Shown here piece by piece: positions 29,016 through 42,944 of a DNA stretch of 64,000 nucleotides. Numbering within the stretch: position 1 is the stretch's first letter; every line of letters begins with the position of its first letter. Source of the stretch: Octopus vulgaris. Lineage: Eukaryota. Location: positions 60,574,001-60,638,000 of the forward strand of contig OX597818.1 of NCBI GenBank assembly GCA_951406725.2. Reading direction: 5' to 3'. The notes under the pieces are model-generated. The model was not told the DNA's origin, searched no databases, and saw nothing but the letters and a program-made list of their open reading frames with translations. Both the position numbers and the translations under genes were made by a program.

Positions 29016-29111
29016 ACGCACAATCACACACACAAGAATATATATACACATGTATGCATATATATGCATCTATGCATTTGTGTGTTCATAACTGTATGTG
29101 AATCATATGTG

Positions 29112-29157
<46 letters not shown>

Positions 29158-29738
29158 AAGTGCATGCTTATATACCTATGTATATACATACATATATATA
29201 TATATATGGACACAATGTTTGGAAAAATAGTTTTGTACTTTTTTTATTTCGACCGCTACAACGCGCATCAAGATATTTTAAAGCAAATATAATGACTCCC
29301 TCTCCCACCCTCACTCCTCTTCCTTGACTCTCTCGTTGCTCACACGTAACCAGCGGCTATCGTTCTTTTTCCCTCTCGCTCTGCAAGAGATAAGACCTAC
29401 TTATGCATTAACAGCCCTCGCCGTTTGTTTTTACTGTTTTGTTCTTACTGTCCTGTTTTTGTTACCACTTTAACCCTCCGCAAAAAACCCAGATTTTATT
29501 TAATTTGCTTTGCGGGAAGGAATGTTTCATGAAGTCGCGTCTTGTCCCAACCTTCGACGCAGAGCAGATAAAACAGAGAACAATTGATGAAGGGATTGTT
29601 CTTTATGTTGCCTATCTCGTGTCTCCATTTGTTCGGTTCGTTGTCCGAAGAAAAGTTCGTTTCCCATGTTTTTGTTTTTTATGTTCTTGTTTTTCATTTT
29701 GTTCACGTTTTTTTATGTTCTGTACCCATAAGTGCATG

Positions 29739-29772
<34 letters not shown>

Positions 29773-29882
29773 GGTATGTACATATGTGTATACACATATA
29801 CATATATCAATATATAATGATATATATTATAATATATATATTCATATATATGAATATATATATTATTTATATTATCTTTATA

Positions 29883-30276
29883 TCTTCTTTATATATAAAA
29901 GTGAGGTTGTGTGCTGTCTGTCTCCTACGACTTAGATTCCTAACTACTCCCACATTTTGCGGTGCAGTTTAACCAAAACCGGGTATCTTATAGTCGTGAT
30001 TCATATCGAGCCCTTCTGGGTATTAGCGCGCGTCTACGATGAGTCTACGATTAAAAAAAAATTACCATCAATTTTTCCCATTTTTAATGCATTTTTGGCA
30101 TATATAAGGGAAGTAACTCTCTAAAAATTCATTAAATCTCAGAACGTAAAAAGCTACAGTAACCCCGCCCCTTTGTGGTTAGCCATATTGAGATGGCTAT
30201 TATACTTTACATCTCTAAAAATGCTTATATAGTTATTTCCCTTACAAACCCGAGCAACGCCGGGCGATACTGCTAG
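29883..30276 (+). mobile_element. Non-autonomous Helitron (same family as 11825)
   Basis: TC start, hairpin, CTAG^T at 30273-30277. Confidence 0.85.
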
Positions 30277-30843
30277 TATTATATATATGTATGTATGTAT
30301 ATATGATGTATAAGATATAAATGTATATATCATCTTATAATATATGTGTGTGGTTTGTTCTTTTATTCTGCTACTGCTTAAGTTTTAAAACTTCTTTTAT
30401 ATAAGGCTATGAATCCATCTTATTCGGTTCACCATTTTCTGTGCAACGTCTGCTTGTGTCGTCTGCCTCTCTCACCAAACCACCTCTTTCTAGCTATTGT
30501 CCCTCTCTCCTCCCACCAATTTCTCTCTCTATCCTCCCACCACTACGTGACCTGTGACCGTTCTCCTTTCTCTCTTCCTTTGTCTTCTCTTTTAAATCAC
30601 TCAGTCACGTTTCTCTTTCCTCCTCTACATTTTAACATTGACTTTTTTTACGTCGTTCGTTTTTCCACTTTTTGTTCTGGTTTTTCCATCTGTTCCCTTT
30701 TTCTTTTCCAGTCTCATAGAATATTTTTCTTTCCTTTACGTCACTCATATATTTTCGATCGCAAAGCCATGTATATATATATATTAATACACACACACTC
30801 ACACACTCACACACACATACACACATATGTATGCATCAATTCA

Positions 30844-31508
30844 TCTATAATAATAAGTGCCAAAATGAATTTCTGTGTGTCAGTGTGTCACACTTCCCTC
30901 TCTCACTATTCGTCTTAATGGAGAGAGGGTTGTAGTAGTTTGACGGTTTTGATGGTAATGGGGTGATAGTAATAGTATGAGCTTTAGTTGTGATAGAGGC
31001 GGAGGCGACGGTGATAATGGTGGTGGTGGTAGCCGAGCCAGTCATGGGTGAAGGGGATAGTAAGCGATGTAAAAGATAGTGGTGATGGTGGTGGAGAGGA
31101 AGGCGGCGAATTCAAAGATATTGATGGTTGTGGTATCAGAAGTCTGGATGGTATGTGTATGGCAGCTGTGGTGGCGATGGTGGTGGTACTGGTGATGGTT
31201 GAAAACAATCAACAGAATGAGAGAGGGGGGAAGAAAGAAAGAAAGAAAGAGTTTAACAGAAAAAATTGAACTAAGCTCTGAAAATGAAGACAAAATGTAT
31301 TTATCATACATCTTTGCAATAAGTTCCAAGTCGACTTATTATATCATTATGTTGATGAAAATTGTTCTTTGCTTGAAAAATATTGGTCAAGTTTAATAAA
31401 TTTTCATATGTACTCAATGCATGAAGTGTTATTTTTGGGCCCAAGGCCAAAAGAGCCTCCAACAGGATCTAGCTAACAACCCGCCCCTTAGGCGGACTTT
31501 TAAGCTAC
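30844..31508 (+). mobile_element. Probable non-autonomous Helitron
   Basis: A^TCTATAATAATAAG start, 3' hairpin ccgcc-cctta-ggcgg, then CTAC^T (degenerate CTAG). Confidence 0.55.
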
Positions 31509-31519
31509 TACATGCATCT

Positions 31520-31710
31520 TAGCCACTACACAAATTTTTTTTCTCTTCTTGTTTTTTTTCTGTGTCCCTTTCTGTAGAAGAGCGTAGGCTCGAAATGTAA
31601 AAGACTTTGTCTATTCCTGAGCGTTTACTAATACATCTGTTTGTTTTGTACACCATCTGTCTTCGTCTTTTGTTTTTTTTTTTCGTGAACTCTCCCAATA
31701 AATATATATA
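31520..31710 (+). mobile_element. PLE-derived pLTR fragment with a hammerhead-like core at 31568-31603
   Basis: CUUU CUGUAGA A GAGC GUAG GCUC GAAAU GUA AAAG. Confidence 0.55.
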
Positions 31711-32151
31711 CTTATTTAAAACAATCTCACACGGCCCCATGCGACTTTAAGTTGTGTAGATTTCTTGTAGAAGCCTAGCTCGTCGGGCTCAGTTAACTGA
31801 ATAGAGAGATGGAGAGATTCCAAGATAGCTACCGGAAATTGGGCTTCCATTGGTCAAGAGTTCCCAGTGTTGTTAGAAGTGACATCGACATACCAGGGAC
31901 ACCACATGCATTAGAAATGGCGCTTGGGTGGGAGCTAATGGTATTGGTTCGTTGGTGTGTATGTGCATGTTTACTTCAGTGTGCGCACGAATGGGTTCGG
32001 ATGTGAATCAGTCGTGTGTGTGCGTTTGTGCGTGTGTACGAATACGTGTGCCTGCGGTAAACTCGTGCGCGTGCATACATGTTTAGGATGCATATATGGA
32101 TGTGTGCGCGGATGAACATACCGGTACTTATATGTGTACGTATGAGTGTAT

Positions 32152-32536
32152 GTGCAGGCGCAATGGCCCAGTGGTTAGTGCAGCGGACTCGCGGTCATAG
32201 GATCGCGGTTTCGATTCCCAGACCGGGCGTTGTGAGTGTTTATTGAGCGAAAACACCTAAAAGCTCCACGAGGCTCCGGTAGGGGATAGTGGTGATCCCT
32301 GCTGTACTCTTTCACCACAACTTTCTCTCACTCTTACTTCCTGTTTCTGTTGTACCTGTATTTCAAAGGGCCGGCCTTGTTACTCTCTGTGTCACGCTGA
32401 ATATCCCCGAGAACTACGTTAAGGGTACACGTGTCTGTGGAGTGCTCAGCCACTTACACGTTAATTTCACGAGCAGGCTGTTCCGTTGATTCGGATCAAC
32501 CGTAACCCTCGTCTTCGTAACCGACGGAGTGCTTCC
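32152..32536 (+). mobile_element. SINE family B
   Basis: Full-length. Flanking atgagtgta is duplicated. Confidence 0.9.
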
Positions 32537-32964
32537 ATTCCATGAGTGTAAACATGTGTGTCTGGAAGAACATGTATTGCTATCTATTTGTTTGCCGTAT
32601 GCGTGCGTATGTGTGCGTGTGCGTGTGTGATTGTGTATTTATGTATTCATGCTTTTAGTATGTATGTTTGTGAGCCGGATTGGTGTATGCTAGTGTGATT
32701 GAAACAGAGTTACTAGGGAGGAGGAAATATGGGGTTGGATTGAGGTTTGGTGGTGTTATGGGGAGAAAGAAAGAGAAAAAAGCACACGTATATAGATGTA
32801 TATGCGTGTGTGTGTACATGCGTTTGTTTCCATATATGGTGACAAACGTGGGGTATTACAGGGGTTGTAGGCATCGGTTGTTAGGAACCCTGTTCTTGGA
32901 TGTGGAACAGCCAGTGTTGCGGTGCAGCCAATGCTGAGGTGGTCATCTGGGTTGTCGACAGCCA

Positions 32965-33385
32965 GTGTTTCGAATTTCAGCAGGAGTGTGTTCCTCTGAA
33001 GGTAGCAATAAGATAGTTCGTATTTCCTCTTGGTAGATGCTGCTGCTTATTGGATCTTTCGCAGAGTCATAACTTCCAATTGCTGGCGCTGTGTGAATAA
33101 CGAGGGGCCCACTCGATGGTGGTCCATTCAATGTTGGGGTCTTAATTCCACGAAGTCTCCAGAGAAAACGAGACAAAGAGGTGGGGGGGTTTTCTAGCCA
33201 TGCAACTTAGCGGATGTATTTGCTACGGGTATATTCTCTTGAAAGCATTTCCGACATGACAGTGTAGTGTCTTTTGATTCTATTGTAATGCTGTAAAAGT
33301 GACTATAATCCTTGAGAGATATGTTCTTCCTAGAGGGCAGTACGTAGGGTTTTGGTAATTTGGGGTTTCTGCACGTGCAAGATTG
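32965..33385 (-). pseudogene. Penelope-like GIY-YIG endonuclease remnant
   Basis: Frameshifted pieces CTCRNP..YCPLG, TSLSRFLWRLR and NIEWTTIEWAPRYSHSASNWKL*LCER match CNCR..CPL, T.LS..IW.LK and I.W.I...A..Y.....C.LCL.EK. Confidence 0.7.
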
Positions 33386-33460
33386 TAAGAAACGATGATG
33401 TTAGACAGGACGATGAAAAGCTTATAGCACTTATGACCTCTAGGGGAATTCTGCTAAATC

Positions 33461-33507
<47 letters not shown>

Positions 33508-34859
33508 CATGTATATATGTTTGTATATATACGTGTGGCTTGTATGTTGTTTAGTGTTTTATTTCTAAATTACTTCCTGGCCTACACTTAGAGCTCCTTA
33601 AGTCAAATTTTATACATCAACGAAGTATTTGTGAATGTTTGTGTGTCATTGTTCAATATTTGCACATTTCAAGTGCACATTTGCATATATGTATGCATGT
33701 GTGTTTGTGGAAGAGAATGTGTGTATACGGGTCTGTGAATACGCTTATGCTTGTAACATATGTTAGCGTTTCGTTGTGGCATTTTGAGATATAGAGATTG
33801 GTAAAGATTTAAACAGACTACAACGTACATAGTAAAATCTACATGGTACCTCGGAATGGTCGCCGGCCAATGAGTGAAACCAGTGAAAGAATAATATAAT
33901 CTTAATAGAAAGACATTTTAACTACGAGAGGAAAAATCAGTTACAGACAGTCACGTAAATTGAACATAACTGATGTCAATATAGAAGAAACAAAATTATA
34001 TATATCACGTATATAAAAACAAGATATATCTATTTTTTATGAGCATACTCATATATCAATATACAATATCTATCAATCATATATGTGTGTATATATGCAT
34101 GCGCCTATACATACATAAATGCATACATACATACAGATACATACACACGCCTAATATATATGTGCGTGTGTGTGCATAATTGTTTGTACATATACATATA
34201 TATATGATACACACACACCGACACACACATACATACGTACATACACACATACATAATATATATATGTACACATATATATATATATGTATATATATATGTA
34301 TATATATATGTATATATATACGTATGTATATATATATATATATCAATGCTTCACACTTTAACATCTTCATTTGGCTAAGCTTGAGGAACATTTTCATATT
34401 TTCAATACATAATTAGCAATAATTTTGGTGTGTTTAATTATGTGTTTGTATACCTTGTGTATAGAAATGTTGTAACTCTCACGCATTCATACTTACATGT
34501 GGACAGTAGCGGAGCGTACCACGTATACATAACAAGCTCTTATGAATATATGTCTGAGTGTATGTGTGTGTACATATGTACATATATGTACATACATACG
34601 TATTTACTACATGTATATGTCTTTATATCCTCTGTGGGTCTCTTCGGGAACCTCGATGTATCCCTCCAAGGTAAGAAGATTCTAATTCAATATGCACGCA
34701 TACCTGTATCGTTTCTTCCTCTTTTTGAATTAGGTGTAATTTTTGACAGACCATCTAAGTTGTACGGCTATGAAGGAAAGAAGCTTGCTTAATTCACGAT
34801 TCTTCAAAACCTTAAGAAGCTCTTGCAGATTTTTATTGTCCCAGATATTGCGATCATTT

Positions 34860-35015
34860 CTACTATATGAATTAGAGAAATGTATTCTCTCCGCAAGAAC
34901 CCCAAGTGCAGCCATGCTATGCTCAAGGTGGGTTGGTACATATTCTGTTGCTTCAATAATAACAGGTATGAAACTGAAAATACATCTTAGGTACTTGCTC
35001 CGTAAATTTCCTATT
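34860..35015 (-). pseudogene. Possible restriction-like-endonuclease non-LTR C-terminal remnant
   Basis: LIGNLRSKYLRCIFSFIPVIIEATEYVPTHL resembles the F.FIP+I+GA.G..P RLE end. Confidence 0.35.
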
Positions 35016-35016
35016 A

Positions 35017-35452
35017 AGAGGAGTGGCTGTGTGGTAAGTAGCTTGCTCACCAACCACATGGTTCCGGGTTCAGTCCCACTGCGTGGCACTTTGGGCAAGT
35101 GCCTTCTACTATAGCCTCGGGCCGACCAAAGCCCTGTGAGTGGATTTGGTAGACGGAAACTGAAAGAAGTCCATCTTATATATATATATATGTGCGTATA
35201 TGTATGTGTGTGTATATGTATGTGTGTGTGTGTGTGTGTATATGTTTGTGTGTCTGTGTTTGTCCCCCCAACATCGCTTGACAACCGATGCTGGTGTGTT
35301 TAGGTATCCGTAACTTAGTGGTTCGGCTAAAGAAACCGATAGAATAAGTACTAGGCTTACAAAGAATAAGTCCTGGGGTCGATTTGCTCGACTAAAGGCG
35401 GTGCTCCAGCATGGCCACAGTCAAATGACTGGAACAAGTAAAAGAGAAAAAG
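35017..35452 (+). mobile_element. SINE family C
   Basis: Near-consensus full length. Confidence 0.9.
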
Positions 35453-36128
35453 ACGTCTTCATTGTATTCTAATTTCAGTCATTAATTTCAACACCTGAGT
35501 ATGTTTTTGTTGCGGCACAATACTACAAAACGTGGCCGGTTGTGTGATTTACTTGGTGGCTCAATGTACAAACACAGTTTAAATCAGAAAAAAAAAAACA
35601 GAAATAAAATTTGATACTATAAAACCGCAGTGTGAGTTAAATAAGAATGTAAACACATTCTTACTATACTACAAATAAGCTAAAGAAAAATCAAGAGAAC
35701 GCGGTTCATTATTTTTTTGTCTTCTCTTCAGAGTTTATTTAACCGTCTTCCTCCCTAAACCGCACATAAATTAGCGACGGAGGAACGACGGACACACACC
35801 TACAGGCATATTGAATATATTTATCTGAAAAATTTCATATACATTTTATATGTAAGCAGGTTTTGTCTCTACAGCTGTTCCAAATGATCGCTAAATAGTT
35901 GATGTAAAAATGCCAGCTATGTATACAGGTATAATAAGGAATCAAGATTAACGATAAACATATAGATATCGACTCGCACGAATCTTACTTAATACGTGAG
36001 TACTTCTGGAATACCAGACACTGTTTAGTAAGTTGGAGTTTTAAAATTCGATCCTTCTGTGCAATACTTAGAAATTCTCTATTCCACGCTTACACTAGGA
36101 TTTCCCAGCTTCTGTGTGTGTGTGTGTG

Positions 36129-36163
<35 letters not shown>

Positions 36164-36283
36164 TGTGTGTATAGCGGAGCAAATACAAAGAATAAAACAC
36201 AACAAAAATCCACGGGACGTCAGAGTTGATGTTATTTGGCTGACACACAAAAGAAGTCACAGAGCAAAACTTGTAGGGTAAAA

Positions 36284-36319
36284 GTACGACGTTTTGGACA
36301 TAGGTCTTTCATCGGATAC
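36284..36319 (-). ncRNA. Degenerate minimal hammerhead motif
   Basis: GUAU CCGAUGA A AGAC CUAU GUCC AAAAC GUC GUAC (G12 mutated). Confidence 0.45.
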
Positions 36320-36638
36320 AAGATAAAAGTCCAGAAGAGAATGGGAAGGGAATAAAATGAGGAAACGAAATACAGCAATAGAAGAGAAACCTGATAACAT
36401 GAACATGGGCTAGTTTCACATGTCTATATACATGCATACACACGCACACACTTAAGTATGTATATATATATATATATATATATACACTCTTATACATATA
36501 CATATTTATATGTATATATATATATGTGTATATGTATATATGTACATATATATGTGTGTGTATATATATATACGTATGTATATATATATGTATACATATA
36601 TGTATATAGATATATACATATGTATATCTATATGTATG

Positions 36639-36681
<43 letters not shown>

Positions 36682-36894
36682 TTTGATATATACTTTTAAT
36701 ACTTTTGATATATAAATAAAAAAATAAATAAATAAATTAAATTAATTAATTAATTAATTAATTAATAAAATAATATATAAATATAAAAATATACATAGAT
36801 ACATATATATATATATATATTTGTATATATATATAAAATTTATAAGTTTAAATTATTTAAATAATTTTTAATTTTTAACTTTTATATTTTTAAT

Positions 36895-37045
36895 TAATTT
36901 TATGTATTGGCTTATGTTTTTCACTGTTTGCTAATAGTGGTTTTATCTATAATTTAATATAATATGATATATTTATACTATAAAATTGGATTTAATCCTA
37001 AATCTCATTTTCCCCTGTAAGTTTGGATTTATTCCCTAATATTAT

Positions 37046-37050
<5 letters not shown>
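36895..37050. mobile_element. (TA)n-embedded repeat family (also 16561-16650 and 40425-40495)
   Basis: Shared motifs taatagtggttttatct and ccctgtaagtttgga in three places. Confidence 0.6.
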
Positions 37051-37122
<72 letters not shown>

Positions 37123-37890
37123 AATATATATATATGTATATATATAGATATCGTACCTGCGCACCTTTACGTTTCAGAAGGGTATGGAACTGCTTCTGGA
37201 AATTTCTTCACCAGGGGACAGGCTTGGCCGCCGAAGATTTTCTTTACAAAGAACACCAGCAGTCGGCCATATATGAAAACTTGAACCTCATGCAGCCGCA
37301 TACGTTATTACCAAGAATTGAGACCATAAACCGATACGAATTGACGCGTATTTCGTTAAGGCATCCTCCAGTGCAGTCTGAACGCCAGGATCCAGACTAA
37401 AAGTGCAAAAGGCCTGTACGATGTTTTACAACTTCGCTAATTTGCCGCCTTCGAGTGATATTATTATATCTATCGATCTGAAGAGGATGAAGAGCAAAGA
37501 TGACCTCGGCAGGATTTGTATTTTGGGTACAAGGAACCGAAACTAGTAGGGTAAGGCATTGTATACAACGCACTGACGATAAATCGTACACACACACACA
37601 CACACACGAAACACACGTACAAATAGTATCTCATATTCATATGCATATATATATATATATATATCCCCAAACATACACACACACTTATACATATATCTAT
37701 ATATATATATATATATGTATATATCTGTATCTATATATACATATATATATATATGTGTATATATATATATATACATATATATATATACATATATATATGT
37801 ATATATATGTATATATATACATATATATATATATGTGTATGTATATATATATATATATATATCGATAAAAATACATATATATATATACAT

Positions 37891-37960
<70 letters not shown>

Positions 37961-38142
37961 CGAGACTGAGAGAGAGAGAAGCGTGTCTGCTCGCATGAAC
38001 CAGGCTTGCATATACCACCTATTAAACAAAGTACATGGTACTTCTGTAAATCATACATCTATTTATTGTTCTGTATGTGTGTGCATGTGTGTTTGTTTGT
38101 GTGTGTACTAAATGTATATATTCCACAATCACAGACATATAC

Positions 38143-38201
<59 letters not shown>

Positions 38202-38571
38202 GCATATATACACTTTTTATATATTATATACATTCTTATTTATCAGCTTTATGCGTATATACATGTACATATAGATGCTAACATGCGTGTGTATATATGT
38301 GAATCTGGGTTAGAACTAGAATGTGCATCTATTTACGTGCGTGCGTGTGTGTGTCACTAATCTACATAAGAGAAAATGTGATTTATGAAGCAGCCATTCG
38401 TCGACTATTAGAATCACGTAGTTATCAGTTTTCGATGCCACAACCAAATGAAATAAAAAAGAAATTTATTGAATTATATACATTATATATACATGTGCGT
38501 GTAATATATGTAGATATGTATGTATATGCATATATGTGTATTAGTCTATGTACGTATATATGTAATTATAA

Positions 38572-38608
<37 letters not shown>

Positions 38609-38676
38609 AATACAAATATATATATTTATGTATATGTAAACTTATATACATTCATACAAATGTATATATATATATG

Positions 38677-38717
<41 letters not shown>

Positions 38718-38780
38718 GTATACATATATATATATATATGTATGTATATGTATATATATATATGTATGTATATGTTTTTT

Positions 38781-38827
<47 letters not shown>

Positions 38828-39499
38828 TCCTGCAAGTACATATATGCTCACACATACACATATTCATATATATACATGTATCCACGCATGTATACACACA
38901 CTCATACACATTTACACTCACAGATACACAGACGCATATATATATATATTTATTTATATGTACAAATGTGTATATTTTTTTTATTCATGTCTGTGTGGCG
39001 ACACTAGTGCAAACCAATACCCACATAAACAGATTGTATATAGATTGAGACGGCGAGGGAGATATACGTTGGTGGGGATGTGAGAAAGGCTGAACGATGG
39101 GGGTGTATTAGAGAGAGACAGAACGAGAGAGAGAGAAAGAGAGAGAGTGAGAGAGAGAGAGAGAGAGACTCTAAATGCATTATTGTTGTATATATGTTCT
39201 TAGAATGCAGACAATGTGGACGAGTAAGATAATGAAAATATTGAGGGCGTTAGGGAAAGGAGAGAGGCTAAAACGAAAGTGAAAGTAGTTATATAGAAAA
39301 GGAAAGAGAAAAAGACGAGAGGAAGTATGTGAGAATTTGCAAGGGAATAAAGTTGTTGTTGGTGTTGTTGTTGTTGGTGGTGGTGGCGGTGTTTAGGCCT
39401 AGGTCAATTTTGAATGACCAGTGCAACTATTAGTAGCATTGCAACCATTGCTGTTATATTTTTAGGGATGTTATATATATATATATATATATATATATA

Positions 39500-39720
39500 C
39501 TCTTTTCTCTTACTTTTTTTACTTGTTTCAGTCATTTGACTGCGGCCATGCTGGAGCACCGCCTTTTAGTCGAGCAAATCGACCCCAGGACTTATTCTTT
39601 GTAAGCCTAGTACTTATTCTATCGGCCTCTTTTGCCGAACTGCTAAGTTACGGGGACGTAAACACACCACCATCGATTATCAAGCGATGTTGGGGGACAA
39701 ACACAGACACACAAACATAT

Positions 39721-39756
<36 letters not shown>

Positions 39757-39852
39757 ATATATACGACGGGCTTCTTTCAGTTTCCGTCTACCAGATCCAC
39801 TCACAAGGCTTTGGTGAGCCCAGTAGAAGACACTTGCCCAAGGTGCCACGCA
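39500..39852 (-). mobile_element. SINE family C (head truncated)
   Basis: Consensus tail and body. Confidence 0.85.
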
Positions 39853-39893
<41 letters not shown>

Positions 39894-39895
39894 TA

Positions 39896-40053
39896 CAGGC
39901 GTGGCTGTGTGGTTAGAAGCTTACTTGCCAACCACATGCTTCCGGGTTCAGTCTCACTGCGTGGCACATTGGGCAAGTGTCTATTACTATAGCCTCGAGC
40001 CGACCAAAGCCTTGTAAGTGGATTTGGTAGACGGAAACTGAAAGTAGCTCACC

Positions 40054-40137
<84 letters not shown>

Positions 40138-40327
40138 ATGTATTTGTGCGTCTGTGTTTGTTCCCTACCTGTTGGTGTGTTTATGCCCTCGTAATCTAGT
40201 AATTCGGCAAAATACACCGACAGAATAAGTACCAGGCTTACAAGGAATAAGTCCTGGGGTCGATTTGTTCGACTAAAAGCGGTGCTCCAGCATGGCCGAA
40301 GTCAAATGACTGAAATAAGTAAAAGAA
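39896..40327 (+). mobile_element. SINE family C
   Basis: Full length, inverted relative to the adjacent copy. Confidence 0.85.
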
Positions 40328-40502
40328 CTGAATATATATGTATATATAATATATATGTATATATAATATATATGTATATATAATGATTTTGATATATATT
40401 TAAAATAATATAAATTAAATTAATTTTATGTATTGGCTTATGTTTTTCATTGTTTGATTTGCCTAATAGTGGTTTTATCTCTAATTGAATATAATATAAT
40501 AT

Positions 40503-40543
<41 letters not shown>

Positions 40544-40564
40544 GTATATACATATATATACATA

Positions 40565-40600
<36 letters not shown>

Positions 40601-40643
40601 TGTATGTATGTATGTATGTATATATATATATATATATATATAC

Positions 40644-40686
<43 letters not shown>

Positions 40687-41158
40687 GTGAGACAGAGAAG
40701 GAGACAGAAAATCGTACCTACACACACAGGCACATAGGATCTAGTTCTTTTTTCATTCGCAAAATATGCATTTTTTAATAGACAGTAAAATATCAGAAAA
40801 TCGGTTATAATAATATAGTTTTCCAGTCTAATTACTATGAAGGTGTGATGTCGTACAATCTTAAAGTTGACACCGCATTTAGTGGATCGGTGTCAACTTT
40901 GAGGTTGTACCCTGTGAAATTTATAGTTTAGCGTCTGTGAAATGACCTCTTCATTGTAGGTTTCTGAATAAACAGAAATACCTAATAAAATCAACATGTG
41001 TCATCTTGCTGTTTTTTTTGTCCCCTCATTCTTTGTATCTTTTTATTATTATTATTATTTTAATTTGTTATATTAATATATTTGTATATTTTTCTGCATG
41101 TGTTTACGTTATGTGTTATTCAGTATTATGTATACCTGTCATGTATTTGTGTACATCA

Positions 41159-41543
41159 TCTCTCTCTATATAAACGGCAGTTTGTCTGTGCGTGTTTCTG
41201 TGTGTCTGTTTGCTTGTACCCTCACCCTGACCACGGCTTTCAACCGATTCTGATGAAACTTGACACACACATAGCCCAATGTCATAATTCAAAACTAACG
41301 CAGCGAAAATTTTGAAAAGTTCCCCCAGTTCTGAAAAAAATCGATAAATTCGACATGGGGTCGAGAATCAGGAACACAAACCACAAACTGTGTAGGGGAC
41401 GCAACTCCACCTTTTTTAACTATCAAAAAAAATTTACCATCATTTTTTTCCATTTTTTTTGCTATTTTTTGGCTATAACTCTCTAAAAATGATTTATAGT
41501 TATTTCCCTTACAAACCTGAGCAACGCCGGGCGATACTGCTAG
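41159..41543 (+). mobile_element. Non-autonomous Helitron, different 5' part but same 3' end as 11825
   Basis: A^TC start; 3' atagttatttcccttacaaacc.gagcaacgccgggcgatactgCTAG^T. Confidence 0.85.
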
Positions 41544-41791
41544 TTAATAAATAAGTGCATGTGTTTGTGTTTGTGTGTGCGTGTGCGTTTGTGAAAAGGG
41601 GGCGTCTGTTTCCAAAACTCCAAAGTTGAGTAATGTTTCCATGCTTGGATTTGTAAACTACGATAAGAATAAAATTGGTCAACAAAGAATTTTTCACAAG
41701 AAAAAGAATACCTGTATTTTAAACGTTTTGCATGCAGAATTTTAAAAAACAATGTCAAATTATCTGTAGTAGGTTCATATGTACCATTCAC

Positions 41792-42045
41792 CTACATGGC
41801 TTAGTGGTTAGAGTAGCGGACTCGCAGTCGAACGATCGCGGGTTCGAATCTCAGACCAGGCGATGTGTGTGTTTATGAGCGAAACACCTAAGCTCTACGC
41901 CGCTCCGGCAGAAGGTAATGCCGAACTCCTGCTGACTCTTTAGCCACAACTTTCTCTCACTCTTTCCTCCTGCATCTTGGAGCTCACCTGCGACGGACCG
42001 CCAAGGAAACCGGAAAACCGGCCCTTATGGCCCAAGAAGGAACCT
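41792..42045 (+). mobile_element. SINE family E
   Basis: Homologous to the 7907 copy. Confidence 0.8.
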
Positions 42046-42084
42046 ACATAATGCCACGAAACTGTATAAACAGCGCAAATAACT

Positions 42085-42503
42085 TTTGCTCTTTTACTCT
42101 TTTACTCTTTTACTTGTTTCAGTCATTTGACTGCGGCCATGCTGGAGCACCGCCTTTAGTCGAGCAAATCGACCCCGGAACTTATTCTTTGTAAGTCCAG
42201 TACTTATTCTATCGGTCTCTTTTGCCGAACCGCTAAGTTACGGGGACGTAAACACACCAGCATCGGTTGTCAGGCAATGCTAGGGGGACAAACACAGACA
42301 CACAAACACACACAAACATACCCATATATATATATATACGACAGGCTTCCTTTCAGTTTCCGTCTACCAAATCCACTCACAAGGCATTGGTCGGCCCGGG
42401 GCTATAGCAGAAGACACTTGCCCAAGATGCCACGCAGTGGGACTCAACCCGGAACCATGTGGTTGGTTAGCAAGCTACCTACCACACAGCTACTCCTGCG
42501 CCT
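42085..42503 (-). mobile_element. SINE family C
   Basis: Near-consensus full length. Confidence 0.9.
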
Positions 42504-42944
42504 GCTATATATGAAAAATATGTAAAATATTAAGACAACTGAGAAAAGATATCTATAATAAAATTTTAATCGATAAATATAATTTTTTATTGTAACAAAA
42601 CACGCGGGTGAAGTAAAGCTCGTGGTGTGGAGAATCAACACAAGAGGCAAGTGAAACGCGACACATCGTGCAGTTATCATGGTAACAAGCTGTTAATGCC
42701 TGCTTGCATCGATACATCGAAATTGAAATCAATCTGAGCGAAATTAAGAGGAGATTATTTTGCTAATGAAAAAGGCTAGATCTGGCACACATACACACAC
42801 ACACACGCACACACACATGTATATATGCGGTACTCCAGCATGGTCGCAGCTCTCGGAATCAAACTAGTAAAAATATATAAGGATGTATATATATATATAT
42901 ATATATATAGAGATATATAGACACATTCTTTTTATATCCTTTTT

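Noticed and set aside
32289-32489. Recurrent 66-67 aa ORF (VIPAVLFHHNFLSLLLP...) seen four times
   Set aside because: It lies inside SINE B; recurrence reflects repeat identity, not a gene family.
35712-35791. Strong plus-strand splice acceptor and a small hairpin
   Set aside because: All frames close within 15 codons and no donor is evident; insufficient evidence.
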